DNA of 64,000 bases from Macrostomum lignano (taxonomy: Eukaryota). The stretch lies in NCBI GenBank assembly GCA_002269645.1, contig NIVC01000623.1, positions 1 to 64,000 of the forward strand, in the 5' to 3' direction. The position numbers and the translations under genes were made by a program. Positions 40,306-52,960 of this stretch are shown here, one piece after another. Every line of letters starts with the position of its first letter. The stretch's first letter is position 1. Under the pieces are notes generated by a model that saw only the letters and a list, made by a program, of their open reading frames with translations, was not told the origin of the DNA and searched no databases.

Positions 40306-41003
40306 ACCTGAACTCAAAATGATTATATAAGCGATCACAATTGCAATACAGCTAGTATAAAAGCAAACAAAAAGTCAAACACAACTAGCGATGTTCGTAT
40401 AGCAATAGTCCTCGGACTCGCCGAGTTCAGAACGCACAGTATATAAATTTCTGTATAAGGCATAATATAACACAATCTGCTAGCCCAAAACTAGTAACTA
40501 TAGGGACAATATTTCATGTTATAATACAAGAATGTGCCGGCAGATAGTAAAATAAACATCAAAAGACCATTCCAATCAAAGCACTGACTCTTGAATGTGC
40601 TTTATATAAAGAGTCTACCCTCTAATAATATGGAGGTGAATAATATTTAGTGAACAATTAACAAAACGAAAGACGGGTCACCGCACCGCATGGAGGGGAA
40701 CAGATGAGACAGAAGGATAGCCACAACCACACCATAGCAAATAGATCAAATTATTAACACTGAACAAGCTGCACCCATCTTAAAACCCTACTACTGAGTA
40801 AGTAGTCGAATTGAATATAATTGATGCGTGTGACTTTTTAAACCTGTATTTCAATTACAAAAAATAGTGCTTTATATATAAAATGTCAAGTTACGATTAA
40901 CATAACTACTCAAAAGGGGGAAGAAATTTCAACCTTTTTTCAACTTGAGTAGCCCTTGTTTTGAATTCGTGAATTCAAATTCTGTTAAACTTTTTTGTCA
41001 AAA

Positions 41004-44000
41004 TTACCGACCACTGGGATCAAACACCACCCCTTGCTGGCCGCTGACTCGCTCCAGCTTGTCACGCCGGTACTCCAGGCACTGGAACACGGCGGCAATA
41101 GCGCAGGCAATCAGACACGTGCCCAGTAGGGTGACGCCAACGTACAGGACCTGCTTGTCAAAGAATGGCCGCACAAATAGTTCGGAAGTCCAACTGGCCG
41201 TATTGTCGTGCGGATAGGGCACCACAAGCAGCTGAGAGTTGGGGATAATAAAGGTGAAATCGCGCTGCAACGCCGGCGCCTTCTCGTACGGAATTGCCAC
41301 GGTCAGCTTGTCGATATAGTTGCTGAACTGGCCGAGGCCGAAGTGCAGGTAGGGCAGGTCGAGCTGGCTGTAGGCCGACTGGCTCAGCTGGCAGCCGATG
41401 CCAACCCGGGTGCCGCCCTCCGGCCGCTCGGTTGAGAACCGCAGACACGGCCCCGGCACCGGCAGGCCAACTGGTAGGCGCCGCTCCGGGCACAGGTAGG
41501 CATTCTGGCACATACCGTTGAGCACCAGCGAGCGAAAGAAGTAGCCTTCCTCGTTGTACTTCTGCGAGTGGAACACGCTTAGCCAGCGGCTGGCGTCGGG
41601 GCTGGCGCACAGCTGAAGCAGGTCCAGCCCGCCGTCCTGGTTCACGTCGGCCAGAGCCGAGCCGGCCAGTCCGAGGCCGTCCGGGCAGTCCTGCAGGCTC
41701 AGATCGCGCACTGAGGCGGCCGGACTGTCCGAGTCAGTGCAGTCTCCGGTGGGAGTGAGGAATGCGGAGATGCGCTTGTTGTCTGAGCGGCGCAGCGTGA
41801 CCAACAGGTCCAGCCGACCGTCCAGCTCCAGGTCGCCCGGGCGCAGCTGCACCGGCCGCTGCTTAGGCGAGTCCAGATGCCAGTTGAGGCTGAACAAATG
41901 CGGTTTTAGTTGATAAACTACTGTTTAGTAAGTAGCTTGAGTGAGTATTAATACCTTATTTTACACAGCATTACATTGAACGGTGGTAAGTTAATTACTA
42001 CATACTATATATCTATCTATATAACTATCTGGGAGCACGAACTTTGCCAGCCGAACGTTGCTAGCCGGAAAATTTCTAGCCGAGAAAGTTGTCAGCCGGA
42101 AAGTTGCCAGCCGGGAAAGTTGCCAGCCAGAAGGTTGCCAGTCGAGAAAATTTGCAGCAAGAGAGATACCAGCTCAGAATTTCATCAGCTGTCTAAGTTT
42201 ACAATAATAAATAAATCAATTATAATAGCTAAAGTATATAGTAATATATTTATGAGCTATTTATTCGATTAGGCGGCGCTGCATAAACCTTAGGCGGCGC
42301 TGCATAAAAAACTTTTAGCAATTAAATACATGTAGCTAAAAACAAGAGACCTCCATATTCTGTTGCAAAATGATTGAAGCAGTTGAGCTCAGTTTTGCTT
42401 GGTACGCATGCAAATATATGGCACTACTGACTTTTAATAATTGATGATACATATTACTATACATGTCTTTAGAAAGCTAAGAGAAGGCATGCAAGGAAGG
42501 ACAGTCAGACAAGCCCCTCAGAACCCCCACCCCCTTATCTTCGGCTGGGTAGAACGCTAGTAGGGGCCGGCGCTCCCAGGCAGGAAGAGTTCATTGATGT
42601 GAGAAAATCGCAGGCGGGGAGGAATAAAAGTGGGCGCTTGGCTATGATTGGTTGGCGGTGTAACGGATTGGGGTGGGTTGGTCTTAGCCTTCTCCAGTCT
42701 TTAGCTAATAGTTAACTGCCACATGTATTCAACTGCTGAAAGTTTTTTTTTAAATACAGGTCTTTTATGCAGCCTAACCGAATAAAAATGTATACTTTAG
42801 CTCTTCAATTGATTAATTATCATACATGCGCAACTTTGGGAATCACCCGGCCGTTTCTATTGGCAACACACATGTAAGTCGCTATTGGACGGAATAGTAG
42901 TCACGTGACTGCTCTCAGCCAATAGCGACTTACATGTGTGTGTTGCCAATAGAAACGGCCGGGTGAATCCCAAGGTTGCGCCCAAGCATGTTAATTATAA
43001 TTGTAACATTAGACAGCAGAAGATAAAATTCTGAGCTGGTATCTCTCTTGCTGAAAATTTTCTCGGCTGGCAACCTTCCCGATGGCTGGCAACTTTCCGG
43101 CTGGCAATTTTCTCGGCTAGCAACTTTCCGGCTAGCAACTTTCCGGCTAGCAACTTTCCGGCTGGCAAATTTCCGGCTGGCAACTTTCCGGCTAGCAACT
43201 TTCCGGCTGGCAACTTTCCGGCTGGCAACTTTCCGGCTGGCAACTTTCCGGCTAGCAACTTTCCGGCTGGCAACTTTCCGGCTGGCAACTTTCCGGCTGG
43301 CAACTTTCCGGCTAGCAACTTTCCGGCTAGCAACTTTCCGGCTGGCAACTTTCTCGGCTAGCAACTTTCCGGCTGACAAATTTCCGGCTGGCAACTTTCC
43401 GGCTGGCAAAGTTCGTAGACCTATCTATCTATCTATCAAAAATTTAAAAACACCAGCATATCTACGAACCCTTTATTACACTGCTGAGCCTCTCTGACCC
43501 ACAAAAGTTGTACAAGTCTGCAGATTACTCAAGTCTTACAATTACTCGTAATAGATAAAAGTCCTGAACTTCCAATGCCATTAACTTTAAAATGAAATAT
43601 GAACTTTTAATAACTAGAGTACAGCTTGGAAAATAACATGACACAAAAATAAAATCTTTGTCTACTTCCCTTTAGCCTAAACGAGAACTAAGTACTAATG
43701 AATCAAAATCGAAGCATACATTCCATGATAAGCCGCACCTCTGATCCGCGAACTGTTTCACAGTGGCCCGGCACCAGCGCCGAGAGGAGCCATAGTACAA
43801 ATACAGCCAGGAATGGCTGCACCGACCGTCGGAGTCCCGCTTGCAGGCTGGCAGAGCCAGATCCGTCAGCTCGTCATTGTCCAGACTGACGGGAGCGGCC
43901 TGGCCAATGTAGGCGTCCCCTGGCAGGCCCGGCGGCCTTGGCACCTCCGGCCCGGCCTCGAAACCGGCGTCGCTGCGGCGCATAACGACGCCAATACTGT

Positions 44001-45380
44001 CTGTTGAAGTCAGACGGAGCAGCAGGTCGGAGCGCAGGTCGCCAGTCATGTCAGTGAACAAATTGGAATTCGGCACGAATAGGGCCGGCTTGTCCGGGAA
44101 CAGGCCGCTGACGTTGTTGAACCTGAGGGCCAGCGAAGGGGGATTTCTCCCTCTCAACTTATGTAGACAGGCGATTTTTGGTGAGAGTGTACAGGGCGAT
44201 TATTTGATAAGTGTACAGGGCAATTATTTGGTTAGTGTACAGGGTGATCTTTTGGTGGATTTACAGGGCGATTATTTGATGAGTGCACAGGGCGATTATT
44301 TGGTTAGTGTACAGGGTGATCTTTTGGTGGATTTACAGGGCGATTATTTGATGAGTGCACAGGGCGATTATTTGGTGGGAGTGTACAGGGCGATTATTCG
44401 TATTTAATGAGTGTACAGGGCGATTATTTGATGAGTGCACAGGGCGATTATTTGGTGGGAGTGTACAGGGCGATTATTTGATGAGTGCACAGGGCGATTA
44501 TTCGTATTTAATGAGTGTACAGGGCGATTATTTGATGAGTGTACAGGATGACTCTTTGGCGGATGTACAGGGCGATTTTTTGGTGGGTGTACAGGGCGAT
44601 TCTTTCGTGGGTGTACAGGGCGATTCCTTTGGAAAGGTGTACTATAAAGATCATTTTCTGGCGAGATGTGCAAGACGAGAGATAGGTTGTACAGGACGAT
44701 ACAAGACGTACAGGACAATTTTTGGGTTGGGTTTTACAAGGCGGTTGATTGCATTATAAGTGAACGGTCAAAATTATTTTGTGAAGATGGTTTCTCATGG
44801 GCAATTTTTTCGTGGCGCAAGCAGCAATAAGATATTCGAACCTATTCTCGTTGAGCCGTCCAGTAAAGACGGTCCGATGACCAGCCGTCACTTCAACAAG
44901 AAAGTCGGCCACCATATCGGCATTGTAGTCCAGCACAGTTGGCTGGTCAACAGTCTTAGTCACCATCTGCGGCTCGGTGACGCTCTCTCTATCCGGCTTG
45001 CCATAGACAATCCACACCGACAGGTCGCTGGATGAAGCCGCTGCTTGCACGGTGAGCAGCACATCAACCCGACTGTCGCCATTGAAATCGGCTGGCGCGG
45101 CGCCAACCACACGGGCACCAGCTGGTAGGTCGGCCAGCTTCACTACAGTCGGCTCGGCAACACCGCTGCTGCTGTCGCCCTTCTGCCAGAAGTACAGCAG
45201 CAACTGGGAGCTGTTGGCGCTGACTGCTAGCACGTCAAGCAGGGTGTCGGCATTGAAATCGGCATAGGCCAGAGCGCGGCCGTCAATGCTAATGGCCCTG
45301 GTATAGGTTAGCTCGCCGCATAGGCAAACTGGGCACAGACTGGCTACTGCCAATAGTAGGATGGTGAATATGTGAGGCAT
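41004..45380 (-). CDS. ITFG1: ITFG1 / T-cell immunomodulatory protein / LINKIN (3 exons, about 602 aa)
   Basis: Exons 45380-44842, 44122-43739 and 41889-41004 (phases 2,2). Signal peptide, FG-GAP repeats (ADFNADTLLD, ADFNGDSRVD, DYNADMVAD), CQLSQSAYSQLDLPYLHFGLG, NSQLLVVPYP and a C-terminal TM helix. Confidence 0.92.
42040..43420. mobile_element. Foldback-type element with long inverted arms built of 15-bp subrepeats (AGCCGGAAAGTTGCC)
   Basis: 42040-42240 is the reverse complement of ~42990-43420: shared GCAAGAGAGATACCAGCTCAGAATTT and terminal CGAACTTTGCCAGCCG, with unequal subrepeat numbers. Confidence 0.8.
42821..42990. mobile_element. Palindromic MITE (P/hAT-like, 8-bp TSD TTAATTAT), copy 1
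   Basis: ~60-bp inverted arms, 30-nt spacer containing GTCACGTGAC, direct repeat at 42813-42820 and 42991-42998. Confidence 0.85.
44180..44635. repeat. Degenerate ~26-nt minisatellite (GTGTACAGGGCGATTATTTGATGA) in ITFG1 intron 1
   Basis: Read directly. Confidence 0.85.
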
Positions 45381-45576
45381 CGCTCATGAAGGCAACGTTT
45401 TATTTCTTAGAAAACTTTTTTTAATTTGTATTAAAAACAAAGTGCATGCAATTTTTAGGAAAATTATTATTGTTTTAAAAAACTTTATTAGAATAATAAA
45501 AAAGTATTTTGGCCCAGAAATGTCAGTAGAGTTCTGGCATAACCAATTTTTCCTGTATCCATATGTGTAGCCATAT

Positions 45577-45753
45577 CATGCATGCGCAACCCTGGGATTC
45601 ACTCGGCTGTTTCTATTGGCAACACATACATGTAATGTAAGTCGCTATTGGCTGAGAGCAGTCACGTGACTACTATTCCGTCCAATAGCAACTTACGTGT
45701 GTGTGTTGCCAATAGAAATGGCCGAGTGAATCCCAAGGTTGTGCCCAAGCATG
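45577..45753. mobile_element. Palindromic MITE, copy 2 (8-bp TSD AGCCATAT), about 200 bp upstream of the ITFG1 ATG
   Basis: Same arms as copy 1; direct repeat at 45569-45576 and 45754-45761. Confidence 0.85.
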
Positions 45754-47190
45754 AGCCATATCTCAATTTTTCCCTTAGCCTATCTGTATCAGTATCCATA
45801 CCCATAGCTAGTAAACTTTCTATAACTTCCTATAACTCTATTGCTATGGTTGCAGTGTGCCATCAGCATCAGGCATTGTGACCTTTTGCTATAATGTTCT
45901 GCAGAATACATCTATGGCACTCAATGCAAATCAGCTTGATTGCCTTTTGACTGTTCTTTCTATTCTCTCCTCTTTTCCTTCTTCTCTCCCCTCTTTTCTC
46001 TTTCCTTTCTCTCATTTATCTTTTCACAAATCTTCTCATTGTCAGAAGAGGTCAATGAGGTATTTTAAGTACATTCAATTCAATGTAAGAATGGACCCAA
46101 TTCTAATCTGAAATCTCTAGATCCCAAAACTTTTTGATTCCATATGAATTCTACATATGCTTTTATACTTAATAGTGATCTTAATTTTGATAACTATATC
46201 CCAAAATAAGAATCCCATGATTTTATAAAAAATGAAAACTTGGAAAAAATGATCTGAAGTGCCAAAAAGTTTGATCATTAAAAGCATTATAATAAATCGG
46301 TTTTATAAAGTACTAATTTTGTTTATTCAACATTGGTGAAAAATCTATTTTTTAAAACTTAATTTTTTTATTTTAAATATTAAAATAATTTATTTGTTGT
46401 ACAGGAAAATTCTGCATTATTGTGTTGTACATTTGAATTGGTAGATATCTAGAATATATATGCATTAAACCTGTTTATTCTACTTAACTTTTAGATATAA
46501 GATATTAATATTATTTGATATTTAATCACATTTAACTAAATATATTTTAGCAATCTAAAAAGTTATAATAATATAATTATTTGTCTAGAAAAAAACGATT
46601 TATTTAACTAAAAAATGGTTGTATAAATTGAAATTTAGGCTATAAACATAAAGCACTAGCTAAAATTAAATGTATAAGTGTGTCATTATAAGCCTCCATT
46701 GCATTGGCAGGTTATTGAGCACTTAATATTAAGCTTATCCCTGCCATTGCTTCCCTAATTTTACTATTTATAAGCCTAGTTACTAGTTCTACTATTTGTA
46801 TACTAGTCCTACTAGGGGGGGGGGGGGCACAGGCACCACAAATAGGCTGCGAGGCGCCTATAGTAGGCCTAGGCCTAGCATTAGCACATTCATATTGCCT
46901 AGTTTACAATTTTCCAATGCAATTTTTATATTATACTTTATATATTATATTATAGATATACCACCAGTTAAATAAATAACCTAGAAAGAAAAATGGTCTG
47001 TTGCTAAAATGGACTACTGCCTAGTGCCTACCCTGTAACCCCAATACTAGGGACATGTCTTAGTATATGATGGACTAGGCCTATGATAATGATGATATAC
47101 ATCTATATAGCCCTATATTTGTAAAACAAATAACGATTATCAAAGCTCCATATGATAAATTATAGGCAGTAGCTAGACCAATACTATAGG

Positions 47191-47861
47191 TATAGCCCAC
47201 AGTCAGGAAGGTGGCAGTTTGGTCGGAAAATTCCGGCGCACACAAGCCCTTTTTGGGCACACAACGGCGCACAGCGGCGCACAGCGGCGCGCCACAACAG
47301 CGTACAGCGGCGCACTGGCGCACAGCGGCGCACAACGGCGCACACCAGAGGACACCGGCGCATGGCGGCGCGGCGCGGCGGGCGCCGCGCCACATGCAGC
47401 GTTACCCTTGTGGCGATCCCATGTAACGATGTAAGTCGTTACTTGTTACAGTACACTATTCACTGTTCTATCTAATGTAACACTGCATTCTACCAAAAAA
47501 TAAAAAATAAAATATTTTCCTTTTCCTTTTTACCTTTGTTTTTGCCATTTGCTTACTTTTTATGTTTGTTTTGTTTTAAAAATTAGAAATTTAATTAAAT
47601 TTTTTTTAAATTTCTATTTTCGGTTTAACGATCTCAATTTCTCATAATATAATATAGATAGCCCGTAACCGTCCCGTATATTGGCGCACAAAAATTGTTG
47701 CTATGTTGTAAAAAAAGGTCTTTTATTGTCGCAAGGCAGGTAGTGGCGGGCGCACAACGGCGCACACGAGGGTTTTTGTGTCGGCGCACGGCGCACAATT
47801 TTGGGAGAGGCCAAAATTTGTTCCGGCGCACACTCTGCCACCTTCCTGACTATGGGGTATA
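47191..47861. mobile_element. Non-autonomous DNA transposon with ~27-bp TIRs and CGGCGCAC subterminal repeats
   Basis: TATAGCCCACAGTCAGGAAGGTGGCAG (47191-47217) versus CTGCCACCTTCCTGACTATGGGGTATA (47835-47861), 2 mismatches, TA/TATA ends. Confidence 0.7.
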
Positions 47862-50800
47862 GCTAAGTAAGGCCTATGATAGGCCTAAAGCTATCAAATA
47901 AAAATAATTGTTCGATAGACCTTGGCCTAAGCTTGCCACATTGCCAACAAATCTAATCAAGGGCAGGCCAAGCCAAGGGGTGCGTGCACCCCAACGAATA
48001 ATTGTGATAAATTACGATATAATGAATGTAATATTTACTATACTAATTTTTCATGGTCATCAAGCTTTTCTAGATTTTAGGTCTAGGTTGATTGTTTTAC
48101 TAGGCTATTTAGTACTTGCACTAACGATAGGCGTCCGTAGGCCTCCCGGCGGGAAATTTGAGGGCTTTGTGAGCTTTCTTTGTAATTTTGTGTGTCATTC
48201 ATGCTATATGATTCATGCCGTACATTTCAGACGTGTGCACTTAAACGCTTACACTAAGCTCACACAGATCAAGCTCTGAACCCACGGCCCATATTTAAAT
48301 TTTCCGGCAGGCTAATTTTGTATTGCTAGAATTTTTTTTTCGTAAAATCTTTGACTTTTTTGAAGGTGCCTATATGCTAAAAAATCTTTTGTTAAACGAC
48401 TAAGATCTTTGGTAAATAAGCTATATACGATCATTTTAGGTAAAACATATTGTAAACTTTGTTAATGTTAAATGTTTTTGCAATTGACCATTCTGTCGGG
48501 AATATTTTGAAAGCCGCTTTCTCTGTCATTTTTGTTTCAGTGTCGGCGAAGTCCTCGGCGTGATCGTGCGCAGCTGCCATTGTATAAGTTTAGAAGGTCT
48601 AGGTTCATTTGTAGACCTAAGAATAGTGAAAGCATAAATTGATCGTGGTTACATGATACATGTTCTTATTTAAGTTTAAATAAAGCTTAACTCTTCACAT
48701 AGATCCTTCCTCAACTGAGCATGCCATAGGCCTAGTTAAAAATATAAATGAATAAGGCGGCAAGGCCTGGCCTAGGCTAGCACGCCAGGTGCTCTCAATC
48801 TACCCATCCTAGCCATCTATTTATATATTTCATTAATACATTTGTATCCATTAAAGAAAGATGCGATAATGAATAGGTCTAGGCCTAGCCTTTTGTTTTC
48901 TGTATAATAGGCTTATATATTATAGGGGCAATGGCTGAAGTTCTAGCACTGGAACCATTTTTTAAGGGCTATGGATCCGGCAGTCTTCAGCTGACAGTTA
49001 TCTACTAATGGAGTCTTTGAACATTAGAAGTATATTGTTTTGAATCTTATCATTTTGTGTGTCAAATAACAAATTTTTTATATTGATGCAAAAACCTAGC
49101 ATACAAATAAGGTCTCATCATTTTTTCTAGCATTAAACCTGGCATACACTAATATACAATCCAAACTATGGTCCCAATATTACTATATTTCCATAGTTCC
49201 CATAACTATAGCTAGGCCTATAGTTTTAATTAAAAGTCTAGGTCTCTAGAAAACAAAATATTTTGAATCAAGAAAATAACTTGGTGCTTAAACAGTTGCA
49301 AAAGTATAATCTATAAGTTTTTAAGTCTATAATAGTGATGGACCAAATGTAGATTTTTGCAAGTTTCCGAAACCAAATCCAAATGTACAAAAAAGATCTG
49401 AATCCAAATATCCAAATATGTTTCCAAATGTAAAAGTAGTAAAAGGTAAATAATAGGAGTAACTATGATACCTTTCAATGATAAAAATGCCTTATCTTCT
49501 AATTAGTAATCATATTAGTGGTATACATAAATTTACTAACAAGATTCAGTCTATCTTGGGCTTATACTATATCTATCTAGTTTCTGAATTAAATTGAACT
49601 TATAATTAAACTTAATTCTTATATATCTAATCTAACTAATTTCAATTATTAATACTAGCTGACATATTATGTTCGTGCAATTTGATAACTTTATTATGTG
49701 CATGTGCACATCAAATTCGAAAGTCTTGCATTTGCATTTTGAAAAAAAACAAAATAATGATTACCTAAAAATGCTTTTGCAACTTTAGGTTAAATGCCTC
49801 AAAGGTCACAAAGTTGAGTAACTTTACTTAATAACACTTTAAAAATAGATGCTACTACAAAAATAGACAATTGTAAAAATGAACAATATGGCATTAAATT
49901 TTGCATTCTTATTTTTTTATTTTCATTTGTCAAGTTTGTATTTTGTTTATATTTGCATAATTTTGTTCTGGTTTTTATGATTTTTTTCATATTTAGAAGC
50001 ACATTTAAAAATTTGGAAAATAAAATTTCCAAATCTGAAACATTTGGATCCATTAATAGTCTATAGTTTTACTAAAGTATCTTTGTTTTATTCCACTTGT
50101 TTCTAATATTTTTTTTTTTTTTTAATTAATAACTATAGCTTTGGGAATCTATGGAATGTGACAACAACTACCATATTTCTATAGCCATAAGAGTAGCTAT
50201 CTATTGTAGACATATCCATAGTTGCCATAGGCACCTATAATATAATAAAAATATAATTTTATTATATATCATAAAATCTTACAGCCAAAGCTACAGTAGA
50301 ACACTATCAAAACACCAGTAAGAAAAAAGTCTCCATCCAGGGAATGACAAAAGTTCACCTAGAATAAAAAAGCTAAAAGCAATACATTATCTTTTTAATA
50401 TAGACAATATAAGTTTGCTTATTAAATTTCATTTATTAAATGAATCAAATGATTTGTATCCTTTTAATCTTATGGGCTTGTTTTTATTAGATTTATTTTC
50501 AATATAATTTTGAGCAAAAATGAAGACAAAAATAAAGTGGTTGCTAATCTGATAGATCTGCTTCTAAAAATCAAATGGCATTTTTATAGCTTTACAAACT
50601 GTTTATGTATTGTTTTACTTTTAAAAAGACAAAGTTATTCAGTTGCTTTAAAATAATGGCCTTTTGCTTTGATATATAGTTGTTCTATCATTATCTACAG
50701 TATTTCTGGTTAAACTAATCTAGTGACTATGAAAATAACATAATTTTGTCATTATAATATAATAATCAAATATAGTTGGATATAATGTTAAAATGCTAGA

Positions 50801-50873
50801 TACTAGACTTTTCATCATAGAATAAATCATCAATCTGTTTGGTTCACTTTTCATGCCAAGTCAATCAGCCACC

Positions 50874-51359
50874 ATGTCTGACAACACTGAATCCCAGGCA
50901 ACTGTTCCTGATGTTGAAAATGTTAATGAGCAGCCTACAACAGACAAGGTTGAGGTTGAAGCTACGCAGGAAAGTGTTGCTAAGGAGACAGAGAAGGAAG
51001 CAACTGTTGAATCAAAGACTGAAGAAGAGCCAGCTCAGAATGGTGATGCTGAAGCAGCTAAGAATGGTGAAGCTGAGCCTGCTACTGACAATGGCAAGGT
51101 GGAAGAGACCACAGAAGCTGAGGATAATAGCGAATCAACCACAACTCGAAAGCGCAAGGCCAGCGACAACAATGCAGCTGCCACTGACGCTACTGAGGAG
51201 AAGCGTCCAGCTGCTGAAGTCACCGAGGAGGCTGAGGCTGGTGGTGTTCATCCCGATGCCGATATGCCTCTGCCTGAAGGAGCTGGCGATGCCGAGTCTG
51301 CTGGCATCAAGGCTAAGACAGTCGAGGAGGTGCAAGCCGGCTCGGCGGCTACGGCCTAA
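50874..51359 (+). CDS. Small acidic, intrinsically disordered protein (161 aa) with NLS-like RKRK; prothymosin-like composition
   Basis: Acceptor-like AATCAG followed by CCACCATG. Glu/Ala/Thr-rich GC-rich ORF in an AT-rich background, with QNG/KNG/DNG motifs and RKRKAS...EEKRP. Confidence 0.75.
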   Translation: MSDNTESQATVPDVENVNEQPTTDKVEVEATQESVAKETEKEATVESKTEEEPAQNGDAEAAKNGEAEPATDNGKVEETTEAEDNSESTTTRKRKASDNNAAATDATEEKRPAAEVTEEAEAGGVHPDADMPLPEGAGDAESAGIKAKTVEEVQAGSAATA

Positions 51360-52660
51360 ACACCTTCACCTCTAATATCTACCTGTCAGCACGATAAATA
51401 AGGATGGCTTTTTATCATTACGTAACTTGTGGCTATGTGTTTTCTATTGTCTACAATCTCGTTTAATTTTTAAATCGGTTTGCCCTTCACCATTTCCTGT
51501 ATTATTTCTGAGCAATCTAAGCTCACCAAATTTGCCACTTTTTCCACTAAACAGGTTTTTAAAGCAGCTGAAAAATCCAATGTTTCTCTATTTTGTGCAA
51601 TATTTAACTTGCTGTTCAAAATTCAACAAAAGCCTAGGTTAGTTGGTTTTTTGTTACAGAAAGCTATTTGAGTCCCAACCCTGGTTTTTCAACAGTTCGT
51701 TGTCAAATTATGTTTTGGCTGTTTTTGTAACTTTTTCTTCGTATTTAATAATTAACTGTTATTAATTACTATTAGCTGTACCAGTGAAGTATTTTATAGT
51801 CCATAGATTAATGACATTGTAGGTTTGAAGCGACGCAGTGTTTAAACTATAGCATAATCAACTCTGAAGGTCAGAAGAGCCTCAGTATGCTGTTTTAAGC
51901 AGCATACTCGAAAGCTAAAGAAAGCCGTTTTTAGTGTTTAGATTTGCCGGCTCTGCGTCCTTTTTATCTGCAATATTGTGCTGCTTTTTATATTAGTCAT
52001 ACCATGGCAACTAGCTTATTAATTGTTTTAATTTGTCTCGCATTTAGATAATATTTATTTATTAATATCACCAATATCAATCAGGTTGAATTATTAGTAG
52101 TTTATAATAATTTAAGCAAATAAGAAAATCAAAACACCTGCGAGGCAGTCTTTAAAGTAATGCTTGATTTATTAATATAAGGAAAACACTTTAGTTAGGC
52201 TAACATATCCATTTGTTCCATTTTCTCGTTTTTTTCCGAACACGAATGCCAATAGCAATCAACAGCTTTTCTTATGTCCACTGCCCACCGGTTCAAATAA
52301 TTATAATAACTTTTATGTTGTGTTGTTTCCAAGTCTAGTGAGCAACGAATGGCCACCAGTCATTTAAATTATCTCGCATTCGAGTTTTACAATGCTCTTT
52401 AGGCTCCTTTTAATGCTTTTTAATAAGTTAAAATATTTGTCATACTGTTGTTTTTCTAATCTTTGCAACAAAAATACATTTCTAATCGGTTAATTTGAAG
52501 TTCTCCCCAAGCTTCTGTTGTTCTTCGCATGTGAAATGTGGACTGGGTGTTGGTTTTCAAGTCTTCAATGCAGTTATTTTGGCTTTATGGCATTTCAGTG
52601 AAATTAAAACAATTAAAGAAATTACCTGGTATATCAAATAATGAAATTAAATAAGAAGTT

Positions 52661-52960
52661 AAGGGGTTGTAGCCTAGTGGTTAGAGCGTCGGACTCACGA
52701 CCTGAAGGTCGGGGGTTCGATTCCCGACCCACTGGGGAATTTGTGTCTTATAAAGACACGACTCTGCATTCATTCAGTTCACCCAGCTGTAAAATGGGTG
52801 CCAGCATTAGCTAGAGTAATTGAGGGTGTGTGTGGCAACGCCCCCTCCAGTCCTTGGACTGAACAGCCGTACGTAGCCTTCAGATGCTGCAGCAGGCAAT
52901 AGCTGCGGCTGAGCTGTCGGCTGCACATCTGGCCCAATTGGGGCAGGTGTAATCAATTAT
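52661..52960 (+). mobile_element. CORE-type tRNA-derived SINE
   Basis: tRNA-like head with A box (TAGCCTAGTGG) and B box (GGTTCGATTCCC), CORE-like CACCCAGCTGTAAAATGGG, AT-rich tail; second copy at 36040-36208. Confidence 0.8.

Noticed and set aside
48500-48620. Possible non-coding 5' exon for the acidic protein gene
   Set aside because: Only a GC-richer patch with AG/GT neighbours; cannot be supported without transcripts.
52661-52735. tRNA gene
   Set aside because: Acceptor and anticodon stems pair poorly, the sequence continues into a CORE-like body, and a second diverged copy exists; it is a SINE head.
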